Source: an uncultured archaeon (lineage in GTDB: Archaea > Altiarchaeota > Altiarchaeia > IMC4 > SCGC-AAA252-I15). From it: a stretch of DNA of 64,000 nucleotides. Below, piece by piece: positions 1 to 9,996 of the stretch. The stretch lies in assembly GCA_902384455.1 (NCBI GenBank), contig CABMCB010000071.1:160001-224000 (forward strand), given 5' to 3'. Position numbers and translations under genes: made by a program. Position 1 is the first letter of the stretch; each line of letters starts with the position of its first letter. The notes under the pieces are model-generated. The model was not told where the DNA came from and made no database searches. It saw only the letters and a list, made by a program, of their open reading frames with translations.

Positions 1-2
1 CC

Positions 3-266
3 ACAACAGGACTCGCCTGCATACGCCCTTCACTCGGCGGATTGCTCACTGATCTAGCCCAAAACAAACAAAAAGGCGGAGTAGTAGGCATATGGGACGC
101 TGCAGAAGACCTAGGGTACATAATAGGTCCTCTTACTGGTGGAATAATAGCTGAATTCTATAAGGACATATCCATCCCATTCGTCTTTCTCGGCATCATA
201 ATGCTCGCTCTAGGGGTCGTGACGTTAATTCTGCCGGCAATAAAAAGCAACACGTCAGTAGCCTAG
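3..266 (+). CDS. MFS transporter, C-terminal part (5' truncated by window edge)
   Basis: Frame open from base 3. PSLGGLLTD...GYIIGPLTGGIIA plus a final TM helix is typical of MFS TM10-12. Confidence 0.75.
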   Translation, partial: TTGLACIRPSLGGLLTDLAQNKQKGGVVGIWDAAEDLGYIIGPLTGGIIAEFYKDISIPFVFLGIIMLALGVVTLILPAIKSNTSVA

Positions 267-1526
267 TGTCCGCTGTTTGGCTAGAAAAACGCAGTCGTCG
301 TTTCCTGAGGCTAAGCAGTCTTTTTCAGTGACTTCCCAACGGGTTTTACTGCCCTCGTTGATTACGCCCTCTATTATGCCGGCCAGAAAGACGCAGAGTT
401 TCAGGTCGATGTTGTTGACGCCTGAGGCATAGACGCTTTCGTCCATATGGATTAAAATGCGTTCAGGACTTCTCTCTTCAACTTTTGAAATGATTCCTGC
501 CTTAAGATAAGTGAACAAGTTGCGCAAGTAATCCAGGCGTTCTTTTATGCTAAGTTCAATCAAGTCCGCTTCTTTAGCGATTCGTTTACCCGTAATAACC
601 CCTGCGTGTTTGGATAGTACGTAGTGGCCGGGTGATGGAGAGCTCAGCATATAATTCAAGCACTGGTCTGCCGAAATATGGAAATACTCCTTATGGTTTA
701 GGCGGTTCTCTTCATTGGTGATTATCCTCTCCAGTACATTATCCAAAATTGGGGAATACTCATCGGATTCCATAGTGGGGAGTTCACTGTCGACGTTTTT
801 CTCTGACAGATGCAAGTTAAACTTACATGTCTTGTTTCCGCTATGCTGGCATTCTGTTTCGTTTCCACACCAGAAGCCGCTGAACATTACTTCGGCAGAA
901 CCACATAATGTGCCTAATTCTACGTCACATAGTGGTCTGTTTGAGTGGACTATAGGCGTTATATACTTCACGGAATATTGAACGGTCCTGTTTTTTCTGT
1001 CGACTTTTGTTAAGTGGATGTCGCCGTATCCTTGACTCCTCCATATACCACAGTACGTGTCTTGTATCCTCTTGTTCTCGAATACAGTCCAAAAAATGCC
1101 AGAGTTACGTAGTGATTGAATAGCAGGTTCCAAATTCGTGGTTTTAAATGCTATTTCACTTGAGAAGTAACCCATCAATTTACCTATCTTATACAACTCC
1201 GTCGTCATATGCGGGCAAATGAACAACGTAGAGAACCTCCGTATTTCCATCAAATAAGGGTGCGCGGTGTTACCTAGTGTTCGCCTTATATGTATCTCTT
1301 CATTGGCGGGCAAACCAAAATCGCGTACAGCTTTAAAATTTTCGTATATGATTTTTCCTCCGTGTTCTTTTTCCCATAGGTAGTTTAGTTTGATTGGTGG
1401 GTATATTCCGTCTGAGCTGAGTTTGTTTCCGCATTGTGGGCAGTAGATGTAGTTTGGGTCTGGAATTTTGAATTCGCAGAGTTTGCAGTTGGCGTTTGCT
1501 TTAAGTTTGGTTTTAACGGCAGCCAT
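255..1526 (-). CDS. Double V4R (4-vinyl reductase) domain protein with N-terminal Zn ribbon
   Basis: N-terminal CKLC...CPQC. Two V4R-like Cys motifs: LCDVELGTLCG...ETECQHSGNKTCKF and LCVFLAGIIEG...EKDCLASGNDDCVF. Confidence 0.7.
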   Translation of the reverse strand: MAAVKTKLKANANCKLCEFKIPDPNYIYCPQCGNKLSSDGIYPPIKLNYLWEKEHGGKIIYENFKAVRDFGLPANEEIHIRRTLGNTAHPYLMEIRRFSTLFICPHMTTELYKIGKLMGYFSSEIAFKTTNLEPAIQSLRNSGIFWTVFENKRIQDTYCGIWRSQGYGDIHLTKVDRKNRTVQYSVKYITPIVHSNRPLCDVELGTLCGSAEVMFSGFWCGNETECQHSGNKTCKFNLHLSEKNVDSELPTMESDEYSPILDNVLERIITNEENRLNHKEYFHISADQCLNYMLSSPSPGHYVLSKHAGVITGKRIAKEADLIELSIKERLDYLRNLFTYLKAGIISKVEERSPERILIHMDESVYASGVNNIDLKLCVFLAGIIEGVINEGSKTRWEVTEKDCLASGNDDCVFLAKQRTLGY

Positions 1527-1716
1527 AAGTCAAAAATGTCCAATTATGTGCTCAACCATTCAATTTTGGAATTTATATGCGTATTCCCGCCTGCATGTTT
1601 ATAGTACCTTCGATTTATCCAGATGGACTAGTATTACTTGGCTGCAGTTGTTTCGTTCATGCTTTAATTTAAGTCTCGTTCAATTAGTCAATTGGGGTTT
1701 TTGGCCTGTCTTTAAA

Positions 1717-3246
1717 ATGAGTAAGTTTGTTTTTGTTGTTTTGGTTTTCCTGCTTTTTGTGGCAGGTTGTTTGAGTAATACGGAAACTTCGACGTCGAGT
1801 ACTGTGTTTGGTGAGGTATCTTCAACGGTGCCTTCTGTTTCGTCGACTGTAGTGATTGAGCAGTCGTCTACGTCTATTTTTGTTCAGACTACTACGACGG
1901 TTACGGTGCCGGTTGAGGCGGTGTTTCAGCTTAGGACTTATGGGGGGTTTATTAATCCGGCGCGCGCTAACAGGGAGTTGATTGTTAATTCGTCGACAGT
2001 TGTTTATCGCGTATTAAGTGCGGACGGCGTCCTGCAGGAAGAATACTTGAAAGCAGTCGACTTGGCCGTATATAATCGTCTGCTTACGTTGTTTTCGACT
2101 TCTGGTTTTGAATCAATGAAGGACGCTTACAGGCGGCAGGGCTCCAACGTCCCTGATGTGGGTACAACTGAAATAAGTTATATCCAAGACGGAAGGACAA
2201 AGACTGTCAAGTCCGGTCCTTTCCTCTCAAATGACACTGAACCGCAAGGGTTCATGGATTTGGCTGAAGCCCTAACCAGTTTGATGCCGGCTGAAACAGT
2301 AGTAGTCCCATCTGTAACCCTCAGTTACCAGCCTATGCAGTGTGTGGATACGCCGTGGGATGCGTGGTATGCTGAAGGGAAAATCCAGTTCATAAAGGAG
2401 CCGACGGACAAGCAGCTTGCAACCGCCTACTACGCCAACCAATACAACTTAACTCTCCTGGATTTCACCAGAAACGAAACAGGCCAAATAACGTGTATGG
2501 CGTGCGGAGTTTGCCCTACATCTTATTATTTTGAGGCTACGGTAAGCGGAGGCGACGAAGCCGTATTGCTTGCGTTAAACTGGACGAAGCATTTAGGTGC
2601 GGGAGAGTCAGCTGAAACGCCGTCAGTAGAGAAGCCGGAGGACTATAATCCTGCGGTAAATCCCAAAAATTTCTTGCCTAAAGTCACCGCGCAATTGTAT
2701 CCGATGCCTCCCGGAAGAACCCTAGTATACACTGGGACTTCTTTCGGACTTCAAATCCGCAAGGAAATTTCGGCAACAAACAACACAAAAACCATTTTAG
2801 GAGTAACTACGACGGAAGTTGTAACCCGCACATTCGTCTACAACACGACCGTAGCCGACGAAGTATTCCGGTACATCGCTCAGGATACGCAAAACAATGT
2901 GTGGTTGTTTGGCGAAGAGGTTAAGCAAGGAGGAAAATCGTCTTGGACTGCGGGGGTGGATGGCGCCAAACCTGGGTTAATAATACGCGGAAACCCGCGA
3001 GTAGGGCACTTCTGGCGGCAAGCCTACCTGAAAAACGTGATTGAAGACGTAACCGAAGTATTAAGCATAAACGAATACGTGAGCGTCCCGGGCGGAAGCT
3101 ACCACAAATGCGTTAAAACGCAGGAGTGGACGCCGCTGCAGCAGGACGTAAATCACTTCAACTACTACTGCCCAGGCGCAGGACCGGCATTACTGCAGAC
3201 AAACCAAGGCCAAGAATACCTTAAACTAAAAGAAATCATAAGGTGA
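1717..3246 (+). CDS. Multi-domain secreted lipoprotein-like protein of unknown function
   Basis: Start reassigned to ATG 1717, giving MSKFVFVVLVFLLFVAGC (signal/lipobox-like). Ser/Thr linker followed by globular domains. Confidence 0.7.
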   Translation: MSKFVFVVLVFLLFVAGCLSNTETSTSSTVFGEVSSTVPSVSSTVVIEQSSTSIFVQTTTTVTVPVEAVFQLRTYGGFINPARANRELIVNSSTVVYRVLSADGVLQEEYLKAVDLAVYNRLLTLFSTSGFESMKDAYRRQGSNVPDVGTTEISYIQDGRTKTVKSGPFLSNDTEPQGFMDLAEALTSLMPAETVVVPSVTLSYQPMQCVDTPWDAWYAEGKIQFIKEPTDKQLATAYYANQYNLTLLDFTRNETGQITCMACGVCPTSYYFEATVSGGDEAVLLALNWTKHLGAGESAETPSVEKPEDYNPAVNPKNFLPKVTAQLYPMPPGRTLVYTGTSFGLQIRKEISATNNTKTILGVTTTEVVTRTFVYNTTVADEVFRYIAQDTQNNVWLFGEEVKQGGKSSWTAGVDGAKPGLIIRGNPRVGHFWRQAYLKNVIEDVTEVLSINEYVSVPGGSYHKCVKTQEWTPLQQDVNHFNYYCPGAGPALLQTNQGQEYLKLKEIIR

Positions 3247-3265
3247 GTGTCCAGGTAAGTTGTTC

Positions 3266-4984
3266 TTAGGCTATCAGTCTGAGCGAAAGCAGGTTCCAGC
3301 CTCCATAAAGTAGGTGGACAAGACTTTCTTGGCAACTGTAAGTGCAGCCTGATGTCCCTGAGTCATTCCATCCGTCAGGCAAACTGCACCTGTTACCGTC
3401 TCCTGAAGAAGCGCCCCAGTCGCTGGAATAAAAGTCTGAGTTAATATTTCCACAAGCTGTGTTTCCATTAAAAACAACATCCGAACCGCTAGCACTAATT
3501 CCCCTAAAGCCGTTCGAGTTCACAGTGTTGTTAACAACCGACACGCCATCAGAATTCAACACATAAATGCCCTGATCCCCGTCGTTCACGGTATTCCCAA
3601 CAACCAGGCCATCAGGAGACGACGTTAAATAAACTCCCATGTTCGAAGTAGCACTGACGTTGTTTTGCTCAACAGTATTGTTGCTGGAAAGATACTCATA
3701 TACCCCCCACCAGCCAAAATGGACTAAATTGTAGCTCAAATTGTTGTAGTTAGACTGCGTCAAAGAAATCCCCGCACGAGTGTTTGACACCAAAGTACCA
3801 TTAAGAACCCGATTACGCACAGAACTTCCAAAATAAAAACCATCATTATCATTCCCGTTAGCCGTCGGCCTCAAAAAGACGTTGTCTGCGCAGTAATCAA
3901 GGTTAAACCCGTGATAGTGGCTTGAAGACGTTACGTCCGTGATGTTAGCGCGGTTTGTGTTCAGCATCAAAACGCCGTTATTTTTTATTCCGCTCACGTT
4001 AGCGAGAGTAACGTTTCTGACTACGGCGTCGTCCGCCTGACAAAGAATAAGCTCCGAAACAACCTCATCGCTAACGGTCTCGGCTGAATTCACGAAACGA
4101 ATCGGGAGGCCCCCTGTTCCAGTGTTTCCTGTGACTACGCTGTTGCATGTAGTTCCTATAGTGCCGCCTAAATCGTACCTCCCGTTGTATAACATGGTGT
4201 TGTCGCTTATGATGGTGGGCGCATCCCAAAGGTAGACTCCATCCCACAAGTTAGAATTAAAAATGCTGCCTTCAACCCGGTTGTTGTTGGAACGTAAAAA
4301 GTAAATTCCGTAGTAATTGTCGGACGAGTTCACGTCGGTGAAATTTGAGTCATCAGTAACAAACACATCAATTCCATTATTATCTAAACTACTGGACCCT
4401 ACGACAGTCACATTCACCACGCTGGAATTATCTGCAGCACACAAAACAAGCTGCGACGCCACTGCATTAGCCAAACTAAACGAAGAATTATAGACTAATA
4501 TAGGCCTCCCTTCCGGCCCCATATTATTCTCCATTACGAACATGCACTGTTCCTTGCCGTCTGCCCATACCCTCAAGTCATACCGATTATTCTCTACTAG
4601 AGTGTTGTTTCTTACAATAAAACCTCTGGGGAAATACAAATTAAGTCCGTTCCAGAAATTGGTCACTTCGCAGTTCTGTATGGTAACATTCTCTTTCGCG
4701 TATGCGTATACTCCATGGTATTGGCCGCTGCCGTTTATCCAATGGTTCATGCAATCGAAAACTTTGTTGTTGAAATTATCCGGGTTATTAATGCACGAAC
4801 TGGTGGGGCTTGAAACGTCAGAACTCAACCTGACCGTTGTGCAGTTCTCATTATCATTTAAGGCGCTGTTGCAGTCCGAGCAGTTTCCGCAGTCGCACAC
4901 GCCTCCTCCGATGACGTCGTACGCGGAAACTCCCGCAGAAAAGCACGCAAACACAATCAATCCAAGAATTATCGCAAAACGCAT
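3266..4984 (-). CDS. Secreted right-handed parallel beta-helix (NosD/CASH-like) protein
   Basis: Signal peptide MRFAIILGLIVFACF, repeated N-N-x-GI-Y-L beta-helix units, C-terminal GWNLLS motif. Confidence 0.8.
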   Translation of the reverse strand: MRFAIILGLIVFACFSAGVSAYDVIGGGVCDCGNCSDCNSALNDNENCTTVRLSSDVSSPTSSCINNPDNFNNKVFDCMNHWINGSGQYHGVYAYAKENVTIQNCEVTNFWNGLNLYFPRGFIVRNNTLVENNRYDLRVWADGKEQCMFVMENNMGPEGRPILVYNSSFSLANAVASQLVLCAADNSSVVNVTVVGSSSLDNNGIDVFVTDDSNFTDVNSSDNYYGIYFLRSNNNRVEGSIFNSNLWDGVYLWDAPTIISDNTMLYNGRYDLGGTIGTTCNSVVTGNTGTGGLPIRFVNSAETVSDEVVSELILCQADDAVVRNVTLANVSGIKNNGVLMLNTNRANITDVTSSSHYHGFNLDYCADNVFLRPTANGNDNDGFYFGSSVRNRVLNGTLVSNTRAGISLTQSNYNNLSYNLVHFGWWGVYEYLSSNNTVEQNNVSATSNMGVYLTSSPDGLVVGNTVNDGDQGIYVLNSDGVSVVNNTVNSNGFRGISASGSDVVFNGNTACGNINSDFYSSDWGASSGDGNRCSLPDGWNDSGTSGCTYSCQESLVHLLYGGWNLLSLRLIA

Positions 4985-5033
4985 GTCCACGAAAAACATT
5001 GAACACTAAGCATAAAAACTGCCGAAATACTTT

Positions 5034-5426
5034 TTACTTCTTGAAGTCCAAAGCCGAACTTAAAACGCAGTACCTGCGTCCGCCTTCAGGATGGGAATCT
5101 CCGCACTCTCTTCCGTCGTCAAAGGCGTGCCCTAAATGCAGTCCGCATTTGGCGCAAACAATCTCGGAGCGAATCATTCCGTATGAAAAATCCTGCTTCT
5201 CCTTTATGGCCCCTTCAATCGGCTTCCTGAAGCTGGGCCACTTAGTTCCGCTCTTGAATTTAGCGCCGCTATCAAACAACCGTGCGCCGCAGAGCGGGCA
5301 AGCGTAAACGCCCTTCTCCCATAAATTAGTGTACTCCTCCTTCATTGAACGGCCGCGCCTTTCCATTATTTCCTTTCTTATGGGCTCTTCGGCCTCCTCT
5401 GGAGGAGTTTCCTCCCACGAGACCAT
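5034..5426 (-). CDS. msrB: Peptide-methionine (R)-S-oxide reductase
   Basis: GVYACPLCG, KFKSGTKWPSF, CAKCGLHLGHAFDDG and RYCV motifs. Confidence 0.92.
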   Translation of the reverse strand: MVSWEETPPEEAEEPIRKEIMERRGRSMKEEYTNLWEKGVYACPLCGARLFDSGAKFKSGTKWPSFRKPIEGAIKEKQDFSYGMIRSEIVCAKCGLHLGHAFDDGRECGDSHPEGGRRYCVLSSALDFKK

Positions 5427-5534
5427 TTGTTTCCCTTCTTCCCTCTCAGTAATTGTATTGTGCAGACGAGTATAAAAAGTTAACTATTGTGAAGAAAGGG
5501 TCGGGAAAGCAAAAAAGAGTAATTAAAAATCAAA

Positions 5535-6935
5535 TCAGTACGTCTTCGCTATCCGTATGTGTGTTCCTGGGTTTCCGCAGTTTACGCAGTCTGTTTTTTT
5601 GTCTTCCTCGATGGTGAGTATTGTGCCGATTGGTTCTATTTGTTTGGCGCATTCTTGTTTTCCGCACCAGCCGGCCTCTATTATTCCGCCTGTGGTAAGG
5701 CGTTCCTCAAGTTCCTGCATGTTCGCGGCCTTTTTGATTCTGTGGTTGAATGATTCCTGCGCTTTCTTCTTCAAGTTCGCTTCTATGTCTGAGAATATTT
5801 TGTGTACGTCAAGGTCGGCTTCTGGGACGAAAAGTTTCTCGCCCGTGTCGCGGCGCACAACGACGACCTGTTTTTTCTCCAGGTCGCGGGGGCCTATCTC
5901 TATCCTTAATGGCACGCCGCGCTGCTCCCAGTAGTAATACTTTTCGCCGGGCCGTATTTCTCGGTCGTCTATTTCAACGCGGATGCCGTGCTTCTCCAGC
6001 TTATGCTTTAAGGCCTCGGCTTCCTTTCGGACTTTCCCTTCAGTGTCTTTGAATATGATGGGGACGATGACGGCTTGCACTGGCGCCACTTGAGGTGGAA
6101 GTATCATTCCTTTTTCGTCGCCGTGGACTGAGATTACTGCGGCAAGAAGCCTTCCGAATCCGGGGCCGTAGCTTGTCTGCCAGGCGTGGTGTCTTCCGCC
6201 TTGTTCGTCTGCGTATGTGATGTCGAATACTTTGGAAAAGTGTTGGCCTAGGTTGTGGACTGTCGCTATCTGCAGTGTTTTTCCGTCGGGCATTAGTGTT
6301 TCAAATGCTATTGTGTATTCTGCGCCAGGGAACTTGTCCCAGTCGGGGCGCTTGTTCACCTGATACGGTAGGCACAATAAGTCGCCGATTAGCTTGCCGT
6401 AGATGCCTATTATCGTCTCAATGTTCTCAAGCGCTTCCTTGCGTGTCGCAAAGGCGGTGTGGCCTTCGTTCCACAGGAATTCTCGTCCGCGTATTAGCGG
6501 GCGCGTGTGTTTGGTGTCGTAGCGGTATACTGCGCAGCTTTGGTGGATTTTGATTGGGAGGTCGCCGTGTGTGCGAACCCACAGTGAAAAAAGGTTGTAC
6601 ATTGAGGTTTCGCTTGTTGGGCGCAGCGCCAGTTTTCTTTCAAGCGGCGTTGCTCCTGCGTGCGTCACCCAAAATACTTCGTTTTCGAATCCTGCGATGT
6701 GTTCGCTTTCTTTCCCCAAGACGTCTTCGGGAATAAGCACCGGGAAGAGCACGGGCTCGTGACCGTCTTCTTCAAGCCGGCGCTCAAGGTACTGTTGGGC
6801 TTGGCGTATGATATAGAGGCCCCATTTTCTGTAGACGAGCATCCCCTTTATGGGGTAACGCTGGTCTATCACCTGCGCCTCATCCAATACCTTATGGTAC
6901 CATTCAGAGAAGTCCTCTTCCTTGGGAAATTCCAT
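5535..6935 (-). CDS. proS: Proline--tRNA ligase (archaeal/eukaryotic type)
   Basis: LRPTSET, RPLIRGREFLWNEGHT, anticodon domain GVPLRIEIGPRD, C-terminal Zn Cys residues and terminal Tyr. Confidence 0.97.
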   Translation of the reverse strand: MEFPKEEDFSEWYHKVLDEAQVIDQRYPIKGMLVYRKWGLYIIRQAQQYLERRLEEDGHEPVLFPVLIPEDVLGKESEHIAGFENEVFWVTHAGATPLERKLALRPTSETSMYNLFSLWVRTHGDLPIKIHQSCAVYRYDTKHTRPLIRGREFLWNEGHTAFATRKEALENIETIIGIYGKLIGDLLCLPYQVNKRPDWDKFPGAEYTIAFETLMPDGKTLQIATVHNLGQHFSKVFDITYADEQGGRHHAWQTSYGPGFGRLLAAVISVHGDEKGMILPPQVAPVQAVIVPIIFKDTEGKVRKEAEALKHKLEKHGIRVEIDDREIRPGEKYYYWEQRGVPLRIEIGPRDLEKKQVVVVRRDTGEKLFVPEADLDVHKIFSDIEANLKKKAQESFNHRIKKAANMQELEERLTTGGIIEAGWCGKQECAKQIEPIGTILTIEEDKKTDCVNCGNPGTHIRIAKTY

Positions 6936-6964
6936 AGTCCAAATACTTTATGTAGCAATATATC

Positions 6965-7678
6965 TTAACTTGTTTCTTCTTTTAGTTTTTTTCTTTTATC
7001 TATCCTTTCCTTAAAGTCGTTTAACTTACTTGGAGCGACATATACATATTCAACTATTGCTCTGAAAAACTCGTCAATAGCTATAGTATCATATGGTTTT
7101 ACCTCTCCTGCTAAGTCATGCGCTCCAGCATTTCCGAGGTTTCTCAATACTTCAGTCATCTCAGATAGTACCGGCGGTATTTCTCCATTAGACGCTAATT
7201 TTTTTAATCGTTGTTGTAAAGTGCCTTTTCTTATTCCTCTGTCCGTACATATCGCTTCAAGAGTACGTCTAATCTGAACAGCAAATGCGTTTGGAGCTAA
7301 CTCTCGTATTCTTGCTGCTTCTTCATAGAGGTTTGAAACTCTTTTCGGAACAGAATTATGAAGTTGCCCCAACCTTGTTGGGTATACTAAATCATATCCC
7401 GAAAAATCTATATACCCTGAGGGATCTACTTCATTGCTAGGTCCATATTCAGTTTCATCCTTCCCATATAATAAGACTTCATGGCAAATTTCACAAACTG
7501 CGACATAAAATGTATATAGCGATTCCACCTCTGCTTTTTCTCCGCTAGTCCAATATCCACCTTCAAGAATGCTATGATGCGTATACACTAACTTTTGTTG
7601 CGTTAGATTCCCGCAATGATGACATAATGCAACATTACGAACCTCTACGTCCTTTTTCTGTACTTTTTGCCTCTTCAT
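6965..7678 (-). CDS. DUF4145 domain protein
   Basis: N-terminal CHHC/CEIC. YEEA...PNAFAVQIRRTLEAIC...LRNLGNAGAH (HEPN-like R-x4-6-H). AT-rich relative to its neighbours. Confidence 0.75.
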   Translation of the reverse strand: MKRQKVQKKDVEVRNVALCHHCGNLTQQKLVYTHHSILEGGYWTSGEKAEVESLYTFYVAVCEICHEVLLYGKDETEYGPSNEVDPSGYIDFSGYDLVYPTRLGQLHNSVPKRVSNLYEEAARIRELAPNAFAVQIRRTLEAICTDRGIRKGTLQQRLKKLASNGEIPPVLSEMTEVLRNLGNAGAHDLAGEVKPYDTIAIDEFFRAIVEYVYVAPSKLNDFKERIDKRKKLKEETS

Positions 7679-8740
7679 TTAAATTTTCTCCCCTCTAATT
7701 TCCGGCCGCACTACCGTCAAAAAGTTCATCAGAAGCACAAGTATCATCGGGCCAAGCAAGAGTCCCATGAACCCGAAGGCGAGCGGCCCGAAAATGTAGG
7801 CGTACATCATCAAACTGGGGTTTATTCGGCGGCCCACAAGTAGCGGCCTGAACAGTAGTCCTAGTCCTGCGTCTATTATTGCTTCCATTGTGATGAGGAC
7901 TGTGGCGATGAACGTCCAGTCTGATGTGAGGGTGCCTTGGAGTATTGCTTGCGCTGTAAGGTATATTACTATTGGGAGGGTGATTATTGCGACTCCTGCT
8001 ATTGGGATTAAAGTGGAAAATCCTGTGAGTATCCCAAGGAGGAAGGGGTAGGGTATTGCGAGTGTTGGCGGGGCAAAGGCGTTTAGTATGAAAAGTAGAA
8101 GCGACGCCGAAAGGGCGGTTAACGCCGCCATGAGGATGTTTCCGGTGAATACGCTGTTGAGGTCTTTGTCTGCTTCGTTGAAGTAGCGCCTTATGAGCGT
8201 CCTTTGTTCTTCCGGGACAAGCGATTCGACGTAAGCTCGCGCTTTGTCGCCGTACATCAAAAGGTGGTATGCTACGACCAGCACGAGGAACAATCTAAAG
8301 AGGACGCCCAAAAAAGCGAATATGAGGCTGAAGCCTATCTGCACCGCCTTCTTTACGTCGGGGTTGGTGCTTACGGACTTTAGTATGTCGTTGGGGTCTA
8401 TTTGGTCAGCGACTTTAGCGTACTCGGACGCAGTCAGCTTAATCTGGCTGACGTAAGGCAAGTCCGTGTTCGCAAGGAAATCGGATGCGTCAGTGAACGC
8501 CACAATCAAAGTGTAAGTAAGAAGCAACGTGACAGGCAACACCACCACAAGAAGAGAGCCCACAGCGGAAACCCTCTTCATCTTGACTATCCTGCCCCCC
8601 TCCTTATGTAGCGAACGGGTAATGTAATAAAAGAATACGCCGTAGACCACCGCGTCAAGAAACTGAAAAACCATATACGCCGCAGCCAAAGCAACCACAC
8701 CGCCATACAAAAGCCATGCGCGCCCAAAACCCTTCATCAC
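7679..8740 (-). CDS. AI-2E family (UPF0118) transporter
   Basis: Multiple TM segments, LIPIAG motif and FGFMGLLLGP C-terminal signature. Confidence 0.85.
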   Translation of the reverse strand: MMKGFGRAWLLYGGVVALAAAYMVFQFLDAVVYGVFFYYITRSLHKEGGRIVKMKRVSAVGSLLVVVLPVTLLLTYTLIVAFTDASDFLANTDLPYVSQIKLTASEYAKVADQIDPNDILKSVSTNPDVKKAVQIGFSLIFAFLGVLFRLFLVLVVAYHLLMYGDKARAYVESLVPEEQRTLIRRYFNEADKDLNSVFTGNILMAALTALSASLLLFILNAFAPPTLAIPYPFLLGILTGFSTLIPIAGVAIITLPIVIYLTAQAILQGTLTSDWTFIATVLITMEAIIDAGLGLLFRPLLVGRRINPSLMMYAYIFGPLAFGFMGLLLGPMILVLLMNFLTVVRPEIRGEKI

Positions 8741-8780
8741 ATAAATCCTTGCCTAAACGGGCATAAAAGACGGCTCAAAC

Positions 8781-9995
8781 TCACTCATACCGTAACGCAT
8801 CCACCGGCTTAAGAGAAGCAGCCTGCTGCGCAGGAAGCACACCCGACAAGCAGCCGACGACGAAAGAGAACGACAACGCACCCAAAATCAACTGCCAGCT
8901 CACAGACGCCTGAATAAGGTCCTGCCCCAACTGATTCACCGCAATATACTCAAAAGATTTAGCAAGCAATACACCAAACACGCACCCCACCGCGCCGCCC
9001 ACAGAACCAATCAAACCCGCCTCAATCAAAAACATAGTTCTGATATTGCCGTTCGTGGCCCCAATGCTCTTCATAATCCCAATCTCCTTAGTCCTCTCCA
9101 AAACGCTCGTATACATCGTGTTCATAATCCCGATTCCACCCACAACCAAGCTAATCGCCGCTATGCCGAAAAGGACGGCCTGCACCGCGGAAAATATGAC
9201 GTCGAAGCTCTCCTGAAGCTGCTCTTTGGTGTAAACATCAAAGAACTCCTCTCCCTTCTTCAAGTCGTGGTACCTGCGCAGAGCCTGCTTTATGTTTTCC
9301 GCGACCACCGCGTTGTCTTCGCCGCTTTTCACCTTGGCGACTATCGCGTAGACGTTTTTAGGTTCATTGAAGAGAGTGCGTGCGGTCTCTATGGGTATGT
9401 AAATGTTTGTGTCGTCCTGCGGGTTGCCTATTTTACTTACTGTAGCCGCCACGCGGAAAGGAACGCCCTCGATGAGTATGCGTTCGCCAATACTTACGGG
9501 ATGATCCTTGAACAAAACCCCCGTCGCAATGTTATACCCTATGGCGACCTTGTTGCTGTTGGCGTCTGAAGCGTCAAAAGGATGCGCAGGATTAAGCTTA
9601 ATGTTCTCGCCGTCAACTATAAGGTCGAGGCTGTTGTCGGTGGGCAATCCGGAAACGAAAGTGTACTTGGTTTCATCGTGAAGCTGCACCTTAGCGAACT
9701 TCGTCACCATCTGCGCCGCATCCTCAACACCTTTCACCGTCTTAATCACCCTAAAATCATCTTTAGTAAGCGACTTGCCCATAGAGGGCCCGAATGAGCC
9801 GGAAGGAATGATGTAAACAGTGTCTTTGCCTATGAGGTCGAACTGCTTGTTTATCGCGTCCTGAAGGCCCTGCCCCAAAGAAAGTAAGGAGACTATTGTT
9901 ACTATACCCACGATTATGCCAAGCATCGTAAGCCAGCTTCTTGCGCCCTTGTTTTTTAGGCCTTCTATTGAGATGCGCAGGAATTCGCTTATCAT
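8781..9995 (-). CDS. ABC transporter permease, MacB/FtsX family
   Basis: RSWLTMLGIIVG and GGIGIMNTMYTSVLERTKEIGIMKSIGA. Confidence 0.93.
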   Translation of the reverse strand: MISEFLRISIEGLKNKGARSWLTMLGIIVGIVTIVSLLSLGQGLQDAINKQFDLIGKDTVYIIPSGSFGPSMGKSLTKDDFRVIKTVKGVEDAAQMVTKFAKVQLHDETKYTFVSGLPTDNSLDLIVDGENIKLNPAHPFDASDANSNKVAIGYNIATGVLFKDHPVSIGERILIEGVPFRVAATVSKIGNPQDDTNIYIPIETARTLFNEPKNVYAIVAKVKSGEDNAVVAENIKQALRRYHDLKKGEEFFDVYTKEQLQESFDVIFSAVQAVLFGIAAISLVVGGIGIMNTMYTSVLERTKEIGIMKSIGATNGNIRTMFLIEAGLIGSVGGAVGCVFGVLLAKSFEYIAVNQLGQDLIQASVSWQLILGALSFSFVVGCLSGVLPAQQAASLKPVDALRYE

Positions 9996-9996
9996 T

